Program-made: the position numbers and the translations under genes | From: an uncultured Gemmatimonadales bacterium | Lineage (GTDB): Bacteria > Gemmatimonadota > Gemmatimonadetes > Gemmatimonadales > GWC2-71-9 | Direction of reading: 5' to 3' | Length of the DNA stretch: 64,000 nt | Assembly: GCA_963771275.1 (NCBI GenBank) | Contig: CAVYSW010000006.1 | Coordinates: 128,001 to 192,000 of the forward strand | The notes under the pieces: model-generated | What the model was told of the DNA's origin: nothing | Database searches by the model: none | What the model saw: only the letters and a program-made list of their open reading frames with translations | Shown: positions 29,151 through 39,368 of the stretch, one piece after another | How positions within the stretch are numbered: the first letter of the stretch is position 1 | How the letters are laid out: each line of letters opens with the position of its first letter

Positions 29151-30404
29151 TCAGTGATGCGACAGCTCCACCGCTTCCTCCGCCAGCCGCGGGCTCACCA
29201 TGGGGAACGCGCGGGCGAACAGGCCGTAGGCCAGCAGGAACAGCCCGAGGAAGCCGAGGCTGATGCCGATCTCGGGCACACCGAGCTGCGGCGCGGCGAC
29301 CAGCGACGGCTGGACCTGGAGGAACCGCTCCAGCCACATGCCGATGGTGCTGATCGCGGCGAACAGCGTGAAGGTGAGCGGCGACACCTTGGCCCGGACC
29401 CAGATCAGCCCCCAGAACGGCACCACGAACACGAGGATGAGGACCAGCACGGCCACGGGCTGCCAGCTGCTCCACATGCGGTAGAACACCCACGACGTCT
29501 CTTCGGGGAGGTTGCCGTACCAGATCACGATCAGCTGGCTGTAGGTGAGGTAGGCCCAGAAGATCGTGAACCCGAAGATCATCTTGCCGAGATCGTGGAA
29601 CTGCTGGCGCCCAATGAGCGCGTGCAGCCCGAGCCGGCCGCGCCAGTAGACCGTCATCAGCGCGAGCATCGTGAGCCCGGTGAGGAACGCCCCCATGAAG
29701 TAGTAGGCGCCGAACAGGGTGCTGTGCCACGACAGCGCCAGGGACATGATGAGGTCGAACGCCAGCAGGGAGAACAAGTATGCGTACAGCAGGCAGAGCA
29801 GCGGCGCCAGCCGGTTGATCCGCCGGGCGAGCGTTTCGACCTGCTCGGGCGTGCCGGTGTAGTCCCCCACGATGCCGTCATACAGGCGGCGGCGCCACCC
29901 GGTCGTCTGCTGGCGCACGGCGGCCACGTCCGGCTTGAGCTCGTGCCACACGAACGCCCCCGCGACGCCCGAGACCACCAGCAGGCTCACGAGGTCGCGC
30001 CAGAAGACCCACGGCACGGTGAGCCATTGCCCGCGCACCGGGGTGGGATGGGCGATCCACGGGAACACCTGGTCGCGGCCGAGGAACAGGACCAGGAACA
30101 GCACGAGCGCCACCGGCAGGAAGGCGACGCCCGCCTCCGCGAACCGGATGATCGAGCCGGCCCAGGTTCCCTTGGTGATCTTCTGGGTCGCCGCGAAGAT
30201 CACGGACCCCGCCGCGACCCCGGTGAAGAACAGGAAGTCCACGAGGAACATGCGCCACGCGCGGGCCGGGTCGTCCCCCAGCGCCAGCACGACGAACAGC
30301 CCGATCCCGGCCACGGTGAGGGCCCCGCCGAGGGCGAGCAGGCCGGTCGTGGGGGCGCGCGCCGCGCGCCGGTAGGCGTCCTGACGCACGGGTGTCCCGC
30401 TCAT
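29151..30404 (-). CDS. actF: Alternative complex III subunit F (NrfD-like membrane protein)
   Basis: About 10 TM helices; DLIMSL..WHSTLFG, HDLGK, YSQLIVIWYGNLPEE. ATG 30404 overlaps the actE stop. Confidence 0.88.
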   Translation of the reverse strand: MSGTPVRQDAYRRAARAPTTGLLALGGALTVAGIGLFVVLALGDDPARAWRMFLVDFLFFTGVAAGSVIFAATQKITKGTWAGSIIRFAEAGVAFLPVALVLFLVLFLGRDQVFPWIAHPTPVRGQWLTVPWVFWRDLVSLLVVSGVAGAFVWHELKPDVAAVRQQTTGWRRRLYDGIVGDYTGTPEQVETLARRINRLAPLLCLLYAYLFSLLAFDLIMSLALSWHSTLFGAYYFMGAFLTGLTMLALMTVYWRGRLGLHALIGRQQFHDLGKMIFGFTIFWAYLTYSQLIVIWYGNLPEETSWVFYRMWSSWQPVAVLVLILVFVVPFWGLIWVRAKVSPLTFTLFAAISTIGMWLERFLQVQPSLVAAPQLGVPEIGISLGFLGLFLLAYGLFARAFPMVSPRLAEEAVELSHH

Positions 30405-30958
30405 CGGGCCCCCTGCAGGAGCCGTACGTAGTGCACCACGTCCCACCGATCGTCGCCGAGGATGCGGTCACCGTAGGCGGGCATGATGCCCCGCCCGTGG
30501 CGGATGATCGCGTGGAGGTAGCCGTCCGTGTAGCGCTTCGCCTGATCGGTGAGCAGGCTGGGCGCCACGAGCAGCTTGGCGTTCACCGGGCCGTCTCCGG
30601 CCCCCTTCTCCCCGTGACATGGCAGACAGTAGGTGTCGAACCTCCGCTTTCCCACGTCGAGCGACGCCGCCGTCCGCTGCACCGGGTTCCGCACCGCGTC
30701 GATCGCGGCGAGGTTGGCGGGAATCACCGGCAGCGGCGGCTCGCTCCCCGTGACGGGGATGGAGCCCGCGACCGGCGGGCGTGGCGTCGGCCACTTGTAC
30801 GGCTGGATGGCGAGCCCCCGATGCATGGTGGCAAACCACGGCACGGCGGCGACCGCATCGTCCGGGCCGGGCAGGCGGCGCATCCACTCCGGCCAGTTTT
30901 CGGCCGAGCAGGCGCCGAGCAGGACCACCAAGGCGAGGACGACGGCGCTACGCTTCAA
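30401..30958 (-). CDS. actE: Alternative complex III subunit E, monoheme cytochrome c lipoprotein
   Basis: Lipobox LGAC, CLPCHG, IMPAY. Confidence 0.88.
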   Translation of the reverse strand: MKRSAVVLALVVLLGACSAENWPEWMRRLPGPDDAVAAVPWFATMHRGLAIQPYKWPTPRPPVAGSIPVTGSEPPLPVIPANLAAIDAVRNPVQRTAASLDVGKRRFDTYCLPCHGEKGAGDGPVNAKLLVAPSLLTDQAKRYTDGYLHAIIRHGRGIMPAYGDRILGDDRWDVVHYVRLLQGAR

Positions 30959-31454
30959 TCCGCACCTCCTCCGCCCCCGAGGCCTGAAGCAGCTGCTGGA
31001 CGGCGCCCCGCCGTTCCGGAGCGCACGGCACGAAGACGCCGATGTGGTCGTCGGTGAAGCGCGGGTCGAACGCGGCCGCCCGCCGGCCCCGCACCGCGTG
31101 CACGATCAGGCCGGTGATGGTTGCCAGCGCGCCGCACAGGATCGTCAGCTCGAACATGATCACGATGTACGGGATCACCGAGGGGATCGGCTTCCCTCCA
31201 ACCACGATGGGGTAGTCGACGGACATCCACATCGTCATCAGGAGGCCCAGGCCGAAGCCGGTGAGCCCGCCCAGCAGGGTCCACAACCGGACCGGGCTGG
31301 CCTTGCGGCCGAGCGCGTTGGCGATCTCCTGGTTCGGCACCGGCGTGTAGGCCGTGACGTCCGCGAAGCCGCTGGCGCGCAGATCGCGGATCGCCTGGGC
31401 CGCGTCGTCCACGTGGCGGAACGCGGCGAGGACCCCCCCCGGATGGCCGCTCAT
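30948..31454 (-). CDS. actD: Alternative complex III subunit D (DUF3341)
   Basis: ATG 31454; YTPVP, YPIVVGGKP, FELTIL, DPRFTDD. Confidence 0.88.
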   Translation of the reverse strand: MSGHPGGVLAAFRHVDDAAQAIRDLRASGFADVTAYTPVPNQEIANALGRKASPVRLWTLLGGLTGFGLGLLMTMWMSVDYPIVVGGKPIPSVIPYIVIMFELTILCGALATITGLIVHAVRGRRAAAFDPRFTDDHIGVFVPCAPERRGAVQQLLQASGAEEVRIEA

Positions 31455-32812
31455 GCCTGCCCTCCCCGCCGCCGCGGCCACGGGATGATCTCCTTCACCT
31501 CGGTGATGGAGACCGTTGGGAAGTTCTTGGCGAACAGCAGGAACCACATGGAGAACCAGGCGAAGCTCCCCGCGAGGATCGTCCAGTCCACCCAGGTCGG
31601 CGTGTAGCGGCCCATCGCATACGGCTCGTACTCGTGCGACAGCGACACCACGATGATGACGAAGCGCTCGAACCACATGCCGAGATTGACGAACAGCGAC
31701 AGCACGAACAGCGCGGGAATGCTCCGCCGGACCTTCTCGAACCAGAGGAGCCAGGGCAGGACGCCGTTGCACACGATCATCGTCCACGTCGCCCACCAGT
31801 AGGGCCCGAACGCGCGATTCCAGAACGCCTCGCGCTCGACGGGATTGCCGCCGTACCACGCGATGAAGTACTCGATCGCGTAGGCATAGGCGACGATCAT
31901 CCCCGTGAGCAGCATCAGCTTCGCGAGGTTCTCGAAATGGATGACCGTGACGTAGCGCTCCAGGCGGAACACCTTGCGCAGCGGGACCGTGAGCGTGATG
32001 ACCATCGCGACCCCGGAGTAGATGGCCCCGGCCACGAAGTACGGCGCGAAGATCGTGGCGTGCCAGCCCGGGACGATGGACATCGCGAAGTCCCACGACA
32101 CCACGCTATGGACCGACAGCACGAGGGGGGTGGCGAGGGCCGCGAGGTAGAGGTACGCCTTGATGTAGTGCCGCCACTGGTAGTCGGCGCCCCGCCAGCC
32201 GAGCGACGTGATCGTGTAGAGCTTCTTGCGCCAACCCGTGGCATGGTCCCGGATCGCGGCGACGTCGGGGATCAGCCCCACGATCAGGAACAGCGTGCTG
32301 ACCGTGAAGTAGGTGGAGACCGCGAACACGTCCCAGACGAGCGGCGACTTGAAGTTGACCCACAGCCCGCGTTGGTTGGGGTACGGGAACAGCCAGTACG
32401 CGTACCACAGCCGCCCCAGGTGGATCAGCGGGAACAGGCCCGCCGTCATCACCGCGAACACCGTCATCGCTTCGGCCGTGCGGTACACGGCCGTGCGCCA
32501 CGCCGAGCGGAACAGGTAGAGGATCGCGGAGATCAGGGTCCCCGAGTGCGCGATGCCCACCCAGAACACGAACGTCGTGACGTACACCGCCCACATGACC
32601 GGCGGGGAGTACCCGGCGACCCCCAGGCCACGCCGGATCTGGTACAGCAGCGCGACGATGCCGGCGCCGAGCACGAGGAGCACGAACCCGAACAGGACGT
32701 AGTAGCCGCGCTTGGGATTCCCGAGGGTGGCCGCAATGTCGCGGGTCACCTCGTGGTAGGTGGGGTGATGATGGTGAACGGGCGTGGCGTCGGGCTGCAC
32801 GGTCGTGGCCAT
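31451..32812 (-). CDS. actC: Alternative complex III subunit C (NrfD/PsrC quinol-binding subunit)
   Basis: ATG 32812; FVFWVGIAHSGTLISAIL, AEAMT, HLGR, SPLVWD, VHSVVSWDFA, WFERF. Confidence 0.93.
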   Translation of the reverse strand: MATTVQPDATPVHHHHPTYHEVTRDIAATLGNPKRGYYVLFGFVLLVLGAGIVALLYQIRRGLGVAGYSPPVMWAVYVTTFVFWVGIAHSGTLISAILYLFRSAWRTAVYRTAEAMTVFAVMTAGLFPLIHLGRLWYAYWLFPYPNQRGLWVNFKSPLVWDVFAVSTYFTVSTLFLIVGLIPDVAAIRDHATGWRKKLYTITSLGWRGADYQWRHYIKAYLYLAALATPLVLSVHSVVSWDFAMSIVPGWHATIFAPYFVAGAIYSGVAMVITLTVPLRKVFRLERYVTVIHFENLAKLMLLTGMIVAYAYAIEYFIAWYGGNPVEREAFWNRAFGPYWWATWTMIVCNGVLPWLLWFEKVRRSIPALFVLSLFVNLGMWFERFVIIVVSLSHEYEPYAMGRYTPTWVDWTILAGSFAWFSMWFLLFAKNFPTVSITEVKEIIPWPRRRGGQA

Positions 32813-32817
32813 CGCCG

Positions 32818-35800
32818 TTACGCCTCCGCCCCGAGGTTGCGCACCTTCATCAGATACGTCACCGCTGGCTGCGTGTTGAGGCTCTCGAGCACCCGGTAGC
32901 GCCGCGGGTCGGCGGCGAGCTGCGCCACGCGCGAGCCGGGGTCGGTGAGATTGCCGAACACGATGGCGTCCGCCGGGCACGTCTGCTGGCAGGCCGTCAC
33001 GATATCGCCGTCCTTGAGCTCACGGCCGGCGACGCGCGCTTCGTTCTGGGCGCCCCGGATTCGCTGGACGCAGAACGTGCACTTCTCCATGACGCCCTTC
33101 GACCGGACCGTGACGTCGGGGTTGAGCAGCCAGTGCAGCGGCTCTTCCCAGGCGAACGTCTTGGGGTCGTCCGGGGTCGACTGGTCGTACCAGTTGAAGT
33201 AGCGGACCTTGTACGGGCAGTTATTGCTGCAGTACCGGGTGCCGACGCAGCGGTTGTAGGCCTGGCCGTTGAGCCCGTCGGCCGTACGGAACGCGGCGAA
33301 CACCGGGCAGACCGGCTCGCACGGGGCGTTGCCGCACTGCTGGCACATCACCGGGATGACCCGCGCCTCGAGCGGCTCGCCCGACTCGCCGCCCTCGAAG
33401 TAGCGCTCGATCCGGATCCACTGCATCTCGCGGCCCCGGGTCACCTGGTCGGCGCCGACGAATGGGATGTTGTTCTCCGCGCTGCAGGCCGCGACGCAGG
33501 CGCTGCACCCGGTACAGCGCGCGAGGTCGACGGCCATGCCCCAGCGCGTCGTCTCGAACGCGTACGGACCGTACTGCGTGGCCGCCTTCTGCCGCTCCGC
33601 GACCTCCTCGAGCACCCGCTCCTCCCGCTCGGGGATCGGTGCCGCCTCCTCGATGTGGAACGGGTGCTCCAACGCCCCGGCCGCGATGCCGGCGAGCGTC
33701 ACCGCCTGGGCGATCCCCCGGTCCATCTGCCGGGTGTTGCCCTCCGTCTTGGCCAGCCGCACGTGCGCGCCGGTGGCTGCGAGAGTCACGGGCGTGTAGC
33801 GTGTCACACCGCCGAACGCCGCGGGCTCGGGTCCCAGCAGCCGGAGGGCGTTGGCACCACGGTCCTTGGCGTAACGACCGTACGCCGTATGCCCCTGTCC
33901 CAGCGGCACCGCCACCACGTCCGGACGCAGGCCGGGGTACAGGTAGGCCGGCGCCTCGATCGCGCCCGTCGCGGAGCGGACCTCCACGACGTCCCCCTCC
34001 GCGATGCCCAGCCGGGAGGCGGTCTCGGGGTGGATCTCGACCCACGTGCCCCACGTCATCCTGGTCACCGGGTCGGGCAGCTCCTGGAGCCAGGGCCGGT
34101 TGGCGCCGCGCCCGTCGTACAGAGTGGGCGAGGGATACACGATGGCCGTGAAGGGGCCGCCCCCGGTCGGCGTGGGCGGGTCGAGCACGAGGTCGCGCGC
34201 GACCCGCACCGCCATCGCCGGCGTCTCGCGCCATATTCCGCCCCGCTGCACCGCCTCGCGCCAGAACTCCTCGAACGGCCGCCGGTCGGCCAGCTCGCGC
34301 TGCAGCTCGCCCCAGCGCTCCTGGAGATACGCCTTGTACCTCCCCTCCGGCGCCGCGCCCGTGAACCGCGCTGCTACGGCGCCCCCCATCCGGCGCGCCA
34401 CGTCGATCAGCACGTCGCCGGTCTGGCGCGTGTCGAACACCGGCTGCATCACCGGCTGGAGCAGCGAGTGCACGCCGGCGCGCGGGGTGTAGTCGTTCCA
34501 CTGCTCGTAGGGATCGTGATCGGGAAGCAGCAGATCGGCCAGCGCCGCGGTCTCGTCGAGGCAGCGCGCGAAGCTCACCTTGAAGGGCACCGCCGCGAGC
34601 GCCTCCGCGGCGCCCAGTCCGGGCGGCGTCGCGTAGGCCGGATTGGCGCCGTGCACGAGCAGCACCCCGATCTCGTTCCGCCGCGCCGCCGCCACCACGT
34701 CCGCGAGTCCGGCGTACGACGAGGCACCCGTGCTCCCGGCTGGGCCGAACACCACCGTGCGGCCGACGTTGCCCGCGACGTAGTTGAGCAGGTTGACCGC
34801 GACGGCCGTGAGCCGGGCGTCGGTGTGCTGGGTGCCGGCGCCTCCCGGGAGCGCCACGCTGGGTCGGGCGGCGAACTCGGCCGCCAGCCGGTGGACGGTC
34901 CCGGCGGGCACGCCGGTGCGCTCGGCGACCTGATCCGGCTCGTACGACCGCAGCACCCCCCGCAGCTGGACCGCGTCGGCCGGCGCGCGCTCCAGATGGT
35001 GGTTCACGATCACGTGCGCCATGGCGAGGGCGAGCACCCCCTCCGTCCCGGGCACCGGGGCGATCCACTCGTCCGCGCTCATCGCCGTCATGCTGAGGCG
35101 CGGCTCGACATGCACGTAGCGGCTCATCCGACCGTCGCGGTAGCCGTGCGCCGCCGCGAACCCGCGCGCGTGCTCCACCGGACTGAGCCACGTCTCGAGG
35201 AAATCCGCCCCGAACGACACCAGGCACTCGGCCTCGGCAAGCCGATAGGACGGGATCGCGTCGACTCCGAAGACCGCGCGGTTGGCCTGCCGCAGCGCCT
35301 CGTGGGCGAACGGCTCGAACGTCACGGCGTGCGAGGACCCCAGCGCGCCGAGCCAGTCGCGCACGAGCCGGTCGAACGAGCCGCCCTCGTTGCCCGTGAG
35401 GAACCACAGCGAGCCCTTGGGCGCACCCTTGAGACGCTCGACGACGCGGGCGATCGCCTCGTCCCACGTGATCGGCGCGAACGTCCCGGCGGGCGTGCGC
35501 GCCATCGGGCCGCGGATCCGGTCCGGGTTGTAGGTCCCCTGGAGCGAGGCCTGCCCGCGCGCGCACACCTTGCCGCGGTTCACCGGGTGGTCGGGGTTCC
35601 CCTCGACCTTCACCGCGCGGCCTTCCCGCACGCGCAGGTGCACGCCGCAGCCCGCCGGGCATTCGCGACAGGTCGAGGCATAGTAGGTCGCGAGGCCCGG
35701 GATCTGGTCTTCGAGCGGGACGAGGTAGGGGATCAGCTTCTCGACGCGCTCCGTGGAGCATCCCGCCATCGCCGCCGCGCCGCCGCCGGTGACGCCGAGG

Positions 35801-35838
35801 ACCTTGAGGAACTTCCGGCGATTCATGCCGTCGGTCAT
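32818..35838 (-). CDS. actB: Alternative complex III subunit B (molybdopterin-oxidoreductase-like domain + Fe-S domain)
   Basis: Tat motif NRRKFLK; EGNPDHP; ANRPWLQELPDP; CTGCSACVAAC, CQQCGNAPCEPVCP, CVGTRYCSNNCP, CTFC...CQQTCP. Confidence 0.93.
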   Translation of the reverse strand: MTDGMNRRKFLKVLGVTGGGAAAMAGCSTERVEKLIPYLVPLEDQIPGLATYYASTCRECPAGCGVHLRVREGRAVKVEGNPDHPVNRGKVCARGQASLQGTYNPDRIRGPMARTPAGTFAPITWDEAIARVVERLKGAPKGSLWFLTGNEGGSFDRLVRDWLGALGSSHAVTFEPFAHEALRQANRAVFGVDAIPSYRLAEAECLVSFGADFLETWLSPVEHARGFAAAHGYRDGRMSRYVHVEPRLSMTAMSADEWIAPVPGTEGVLALAMAHVIVNHHLERAPADAVQLRGVLRSYEPDQVAERTGVPAGTVHRLAAEFAARPSVALPGGAGTQHTDARLTAVAVNLLNYVAGNVGRTVVFGPAGSTGASSYAGLADVVAAARRNEIGVLLVHGANPAYATPPGLGAAEALAAVPFKVSFARCLDETAALADLLLPDHDPYEQWNDYTPRAGVHSLLQPVMQPVFDTRQTGDVLIDVARRMGGAVAARFTGAAPEGRYKAYLQERWGELQRELADRRPFEEFWREAVQRGGIWRETPAMAVRVARDLVLDPPTPTGGGPFTAIVYPSPTLYDGRGANRPWLQELPDPVTRMTWGTWVEIHPETASRLGIAEGDVVEVRSATGAIEAPAYLYPGLRPDVVAVPLGQGHTAYGRYAKDRGANALRLLGPEPAAFGGVTRYTPVTLAATGAHVRLAKTEGNTRQMDRGIAQAVTLAGIAAGALEHPFHIEEAAPIPEREERVLEEVAERQKAATQYGPYAFETTRWGMAVDLARCTGCSACVAACSAENNIPFVGADQVTRGREMQWIRIERYFEGGESGEPLEARVIPVMCQQCGNAPCEPVCPVFAAFRTADGLNGQAYNRCVGTRYCSNNCPYKVRYFNWYDQSTPDDPKTFAWEEPLHWLLNPDVTVRSKGVMEKCTFCVQRIRGAQNEARVAGRELKDGDIVTACQQTCPADAIVFGNLTDPGSRVAQLAADPRRYRVLESLNTQPAVTYLMKVRNLGAEA

Positions 35839-35851
35839 CGAGCCTCCACCC

Positions 35852-36472
35852 TCAGTAGTGACAGGCGCTGCAGTCCGTGGTCACAGGACGCCCCGGCTGA
35901 CCCTTGTACTCCTTCGTCTTGTGACACGAAATGCACCAACCCATCTTGAGGGACGCGAACTGATAGACCTGCGGCATGCGGTTGACCTGGCCGTGGCATT
36001 CCTTGCAGTTGAGCTCCCCCGCCACCACGTGCCGCTCGTGCGAGAAGTGCACGAACTGCGACAGGCGGTGCACCTCGATCCACTGGACCGGCTGCTTGGC
36101 CGCGACGGCGTCGCGCAGCTTCTGCACCTCGGGATTGCCCGACCCGACGATCAGGTGGCATCCCATGCAGGAGGCGAGCGACGGGAGCCCCGGGCTCGGA
36201 CTGCGCTCGACGTTGGAGTGGCAGTAGCGGCAGTCCATGCGGTACTGGCCGGCGTGCACGTCGTGGCGGTAGAAGATCGGCTGGCGCGGCCCCGGCAGTC
36301 CCGCCGTGTCCACGTCGGCCGGCGCCTCGTAGTTGAGATCCACCACGGTATCGGGCTGGACCTTGGGACTGACCGGCCCCTGCGAGCGCAGCCCGCGCGC
36401 CGCAAACACCGTGAGCGCGCCGACCACCACCACCGCGGCCCCCTTCGTCACCGGCACGACCCACCTGGTCAT
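35852..36472 (-). CDS. actA: Alternative complex III subunit A, pentaheme cytochrome c
   Basis: ATG 36472; N-terminal TM helix; five CxxCH (CRYCH, CMGCH, CKECH, CISCH, CSACH) and LKMGWC. Confidence 0.9.
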   Translation of the reverse strand: MTRWVVPVTKGAAVVVVGALTVFAARGLRSQGPVSPKVQPDTVVDLNYEAPADVDTAGLPGPRQPIFYRHDVHAGQYRMDCRYCHSNVERSPSPGLPSLASCMGCHLIVGSGNPEVQKLRDAVAAKQPVQWIEVHRLSQFVHFSHERHVVAGELNCKECHGQVNRMPQVYQFASLKMGWCISCHKTKEYKGQPGRPVTTDCSACHY

Positions 36473-36595
36473 TCGCTCATCCTCGTACGGCTTGAGACAC
36501 CCGAGATCGGGCGGGCGTCGACGCGCGACATGCGTGTATACCCAGGCACCGCTCGCCGCGCCCTGGACGCGCGGCATCGGCCGCTGGAAAAATAG

Positions 36596-37402
36596 TCAGG
36601 GGGACCCGGACGGCAACCGCTCGTCGGACGGCTGCTGAAGCCACTGCCGCAGATTCCCCGACGTGATGCGCTCGCGCTCGTCGCGCGGGAGCGCGAGCAG
36701 GTCGAGCTTGGCGATCGCCCCGTCCGGAATACGCAGCGGCATGCCCGTTCCGAACGTGAACCGCGCGAGGCCCACGGTTCCGAGCAGTAACCGCAAATGG
36801 TCTTCCGGTGGGCCCCAGATCCAGGAGATGTCCCACAGAATCCGGCGCGCCTCCTCGGGCGTGAGTCCGAAATGCACTTCCTCGACCAGGGCCCGATCGG
36901 CGTGGGTCACGATCAGGCGGGCGCGCGGATCGAGCCGCGCGAGGGCGCGGATCGCGGCCGCGGGAAGGTCGGGCGCCACATCCAGCGGATGGCGCTGGCG
37001 CACGTCCTCGAAGCGCACGGTGAGCATGACCGGGAGCCCGGCCGCGGCCGCCGCGCCGATCAGCGCGCGCATGTCGGGCCCGGCCGGGTCGAGACCCTGG
37101 CTGGCGGGATATGCGCGGACGGCCGGCGCCCCCCCCTCCCGCGCCACGCGGAGGTCCTCCTCCCACCGCGGCAGCGCCGGGTGGATCGTGGGGACGCCGC
37201 GCAGCCGCTCATGAGGCTGCAGCAGCTCGGCTAGCTCCGCGTTGGCATCGGCCGGATCGCGGTGCCACGCCGACGCCAGGTGCCCGACCCACGCGGTGGC
37301 GATCCCGGTCCGGTCCATCTGGCGGAGCAGCCCGGTGGGTGTCGGGTCGGGCAGATGGCGGAACGGATAGCCGCCCACGAATGTCGCGACGTCGATCGTC
37401 AT
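36596..37402 (-). CDS. Amidohydrolase_2-like TIM-barrel protein lacking the HxH metal motif
   Basis: ATG 37402 (MTIDVATFVGGYPFR); RAYP, WDIS, FGTGMP. ATGA overlap with the upstream amidohydrolase. Confidence 0.7.
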   Translation of the reverse strand: MTIDVATFVGGYPFRHLPDPTPTGLLRQMDRTGIATAWVGHLASAWHRDPADANAELAELLQPHERLRGVPTIHPALPRWEEDLRVAREGGAPAVRAYPASQGLDPAGPDMRALIGAAAAAGLPVMLTVRFEDVRQRHPLDVAPDLPAAAIRALARLDPRARLIVTHADRALVEEVHFGLTPEEARRILWDISWIWGPPEDHLRLLLGTVGLARFTFGTGMPLRIPDGAIAKLDLLALPRDERERITSGNLRQWLQQPSDERLPSGSP

Positions 37403-38196
37403 CGGAAGCTCCCGCGCGGAAACAGCGCCTCCGCGTTGCCGTGCCGGATGCGCTCCAGGTCCGCGTCGCTCAGCCCGAGCGACTCGAGGTAGCGCAGCTT
37501 CGCCAGCCCCGTGTCGAGCGTGACGTCGGCGCCCCACAGCAGCCGCCCGACGCCGACCGCCTCGAGCGCGTGCTCGAGCATGCCGCTGTCGATCCCGCTC
37601 CCGGAGAGATCCACCCACACGTTGGGCACGTCCCGCAGCACGCGCAGCGAATGCGCCCAGTCCCCACCGCCGCCGAGGTGCGCCAGGATAAAGCGCGCCC
37701 GCGGATGGCGACCGGCGAGGGCGGCCAGCTCGAGGGCATCCGACGCTTCCTGCCCGGGCCACTCCCGCCGGCGGTGTTGCCACACGTGATGCAGAATGGG
37801 GAGCCCGCGGCCCGCGGCCAGCGCCGCGATCGGATCGAGCAGGGGATCGTCGGCACGGCGGCTGGCGGCGAGCTTGATCCCCACCATGCCGGCCGTGGCG
37901 CGCGCCTCGATCTCGCTCAGGGCGTGGTCGGGATAGTTGGGGTTGACCAGGCAGTAGCCGAATACCAGGCCCGGGTGCTCGTGACACAGCGCGAGCATCC
38001 GGCCGTTGGCCTGGTGGACGTCGTCCTCCGACGGGAAGTACACCGGCGAGCGCGTGCCCCAGCTGCCGAGCATCGAGGCCACGTGCGCCGTGATGCCGAT
38101 CAGGCGCCCCGCCTCCAGCCGTGCCCCGTTCAACTCCCGCCAGTTCGCGTAGGGCGAGCGCTCGGTGTAGAAATGCGCGTGGACGTCGATCAGCAT
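37399..38196 (-). CDS. Amidohydrolase_2 family metal-dependent hydrolase
   Basis: IDVHAH, GIKL, LHH, ILAHLGGG, DLSG, WGAD. Confidence 0.88.
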   Translation of the reverse strand: MLIDVHAHFYTERSPYANWRELNGARLEAGRLIGITAHVASMLGSWGTRSPVYFPSEDDVHQANGRMLALCHEHPGLVFGYCLVNPNYPDHALSEIEARATAGMVGIKLAASRRADDPLLDPIAALAAGRGLPILHHVWQHRRREWPGQEASDALELAALAGRHPRARFILAHLGGGGDWAHSLRVLRDVPNVWVDLSGSGIDSGMLEHALEAVGVGRLLWGADVTLDTGLAKLRYLESLGLSDADLERIRHGNAEALFPRGSFR

Positions 38197-39368
38197 GTGG
38201 CGGCGACCTCCCCGACCGCCTCACCGACGCGCTCCAGCGCCGCGGCGATCGTCGCATCCTCGTGAGCGAGCGAGATGAAGTTGTAGGGCGCGCGCCGGAA
38301 CAGAATGCCCCGCGCCGCCGCCCCGGCCGCGACGCGCGCTCCCACCGCCTCGTCGCGGAACCGCAGGAACGAGAACTCGGCCACGCCGCCGACACCGGTG
38401 ACGACCCGGGGGTAGGCGTCCGCGATGGAGCGCAGGCCCGCGAGGAATCGCTCGCCGCCCGCGGCGATCCGCGCGACGGCATCCGTCGTCTCGCAGACGT
38501 CGAGCACCGCCAGCCCGGCCGCGAGCGCCACGGATTCCGTCGCCAGCGTCGAGGAAATCCACGTGCGGGCCGCCGCCGCCATCAGGGCGCGCGGCCCGGC
38601 CACCGCGGCGATCGGGAGCCCGTTGCCGAGCGCCTTGCCGAGCACCACGAGGTCGGGCGGTACCCCGTAGCGTCGCGCCGCTCCCCCCGGGCCGAGCCGG
38701 ATGCCGGTCTTGATTTCGTCGAACACGAGCAGCGCCCCGGCGCGCGTCGCGGCGTCGCGAACCGCGTGCAGCCACGCGGGGTCGGGCGCCCGCTCCACCA
38801 CCGGCTCGATCACCAGCGCGCACGGCCGCGGGTGCCGCTGCAGCGCCTGCTCGAGGTCCGCGCCGTCGTTGAACCGCAGCGCGCGATGCAGCCCGCGCAC
38901 CGTCGCGGGAATGCCCAGCTCGGCCTGCGACCAGTCGAGCCAGCCGTGGTAGCCGCACGACAGGACGTCGTCCCGGCCGGTCACGACGCGCGCGATTCGC
39001 ACGGCGGCAGCGACCGCCTCCGCTCCCGTCTTGAGGAACCGCACGGCCTCGGCGCCGGGCACCCACGGAAGCAGCCGCTCGGCAAGCGCGCGCTCCTCGA
39101 CCGGCGGCAAGGTCCCCACGCCGCCCGCGCGCAGCGCCCGCTCCGCGGCGGCGCGCACGACCGGGTGCCCGTAGCCCAGCGCCACCGCCCCGAGCGCCAT
39201 GCCCAGGTCGATGAACTCGCGGCCCTGCTCGTCCCACAGCCGGCAGCCGGCCGAGCGCACCATGCGGCCGGGGCCCTCCCCGGCAGCGCCGAACAGCACC
39301 TCGCGGCGCTTGCTCCCGGTGGACGTCCCACCGGGGATCGGGCCATCGGCGTCGCGCGGGGCCGTCAC
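38190..39368 (-). CDS. Class III aminotransferase (glutamate-1-semialdehyde aminomutase-like)
   Basis: GTG 39368; PGGTSTGSKR, LGYGHP, KTGAEA, GYHGW, FDEIKTG, GKALGNG. Confidence 0.85.
   Translation of the reverse strand: MTAPRDADGPIPGGTSTGSKRREVLFGAAGEGPGRMVRSAGCRLWDEQGREFIDLGMALGAVALGYGHPVVRAAAERALRAGGVGTLPPVEERALAERLLPWVPGAEAVRFLKTGAEAVAAAVRIARVVTGRDDVLSCGYHGWLDWSQAELGIPATVRGLHRALRFNDGADLEQALQRHPRPCALVIEPVVERAPDPAWLHAVRDAATRAGALLVFDEIKTGIRLGPGGAARRYGVPPDLVVLGKALGNGLPIAAVAGPRALMAAAARTWISSTLATESVALAAGLAVLDVCETTDAVARIAAGGERFLAGLRSIADAYPRVVTGVGGVAEFSFLRFRDEAVGARVAAGAAARGILFRRAPYNFISLAHEDATIAAALERVGEAVGEVAATC

Noticed and set aside
38190..39368. hemL call
   Set aside because: Shorter and divergent, with no tetrapyrrole genes nearby. 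Left as a class III aminotransferase.
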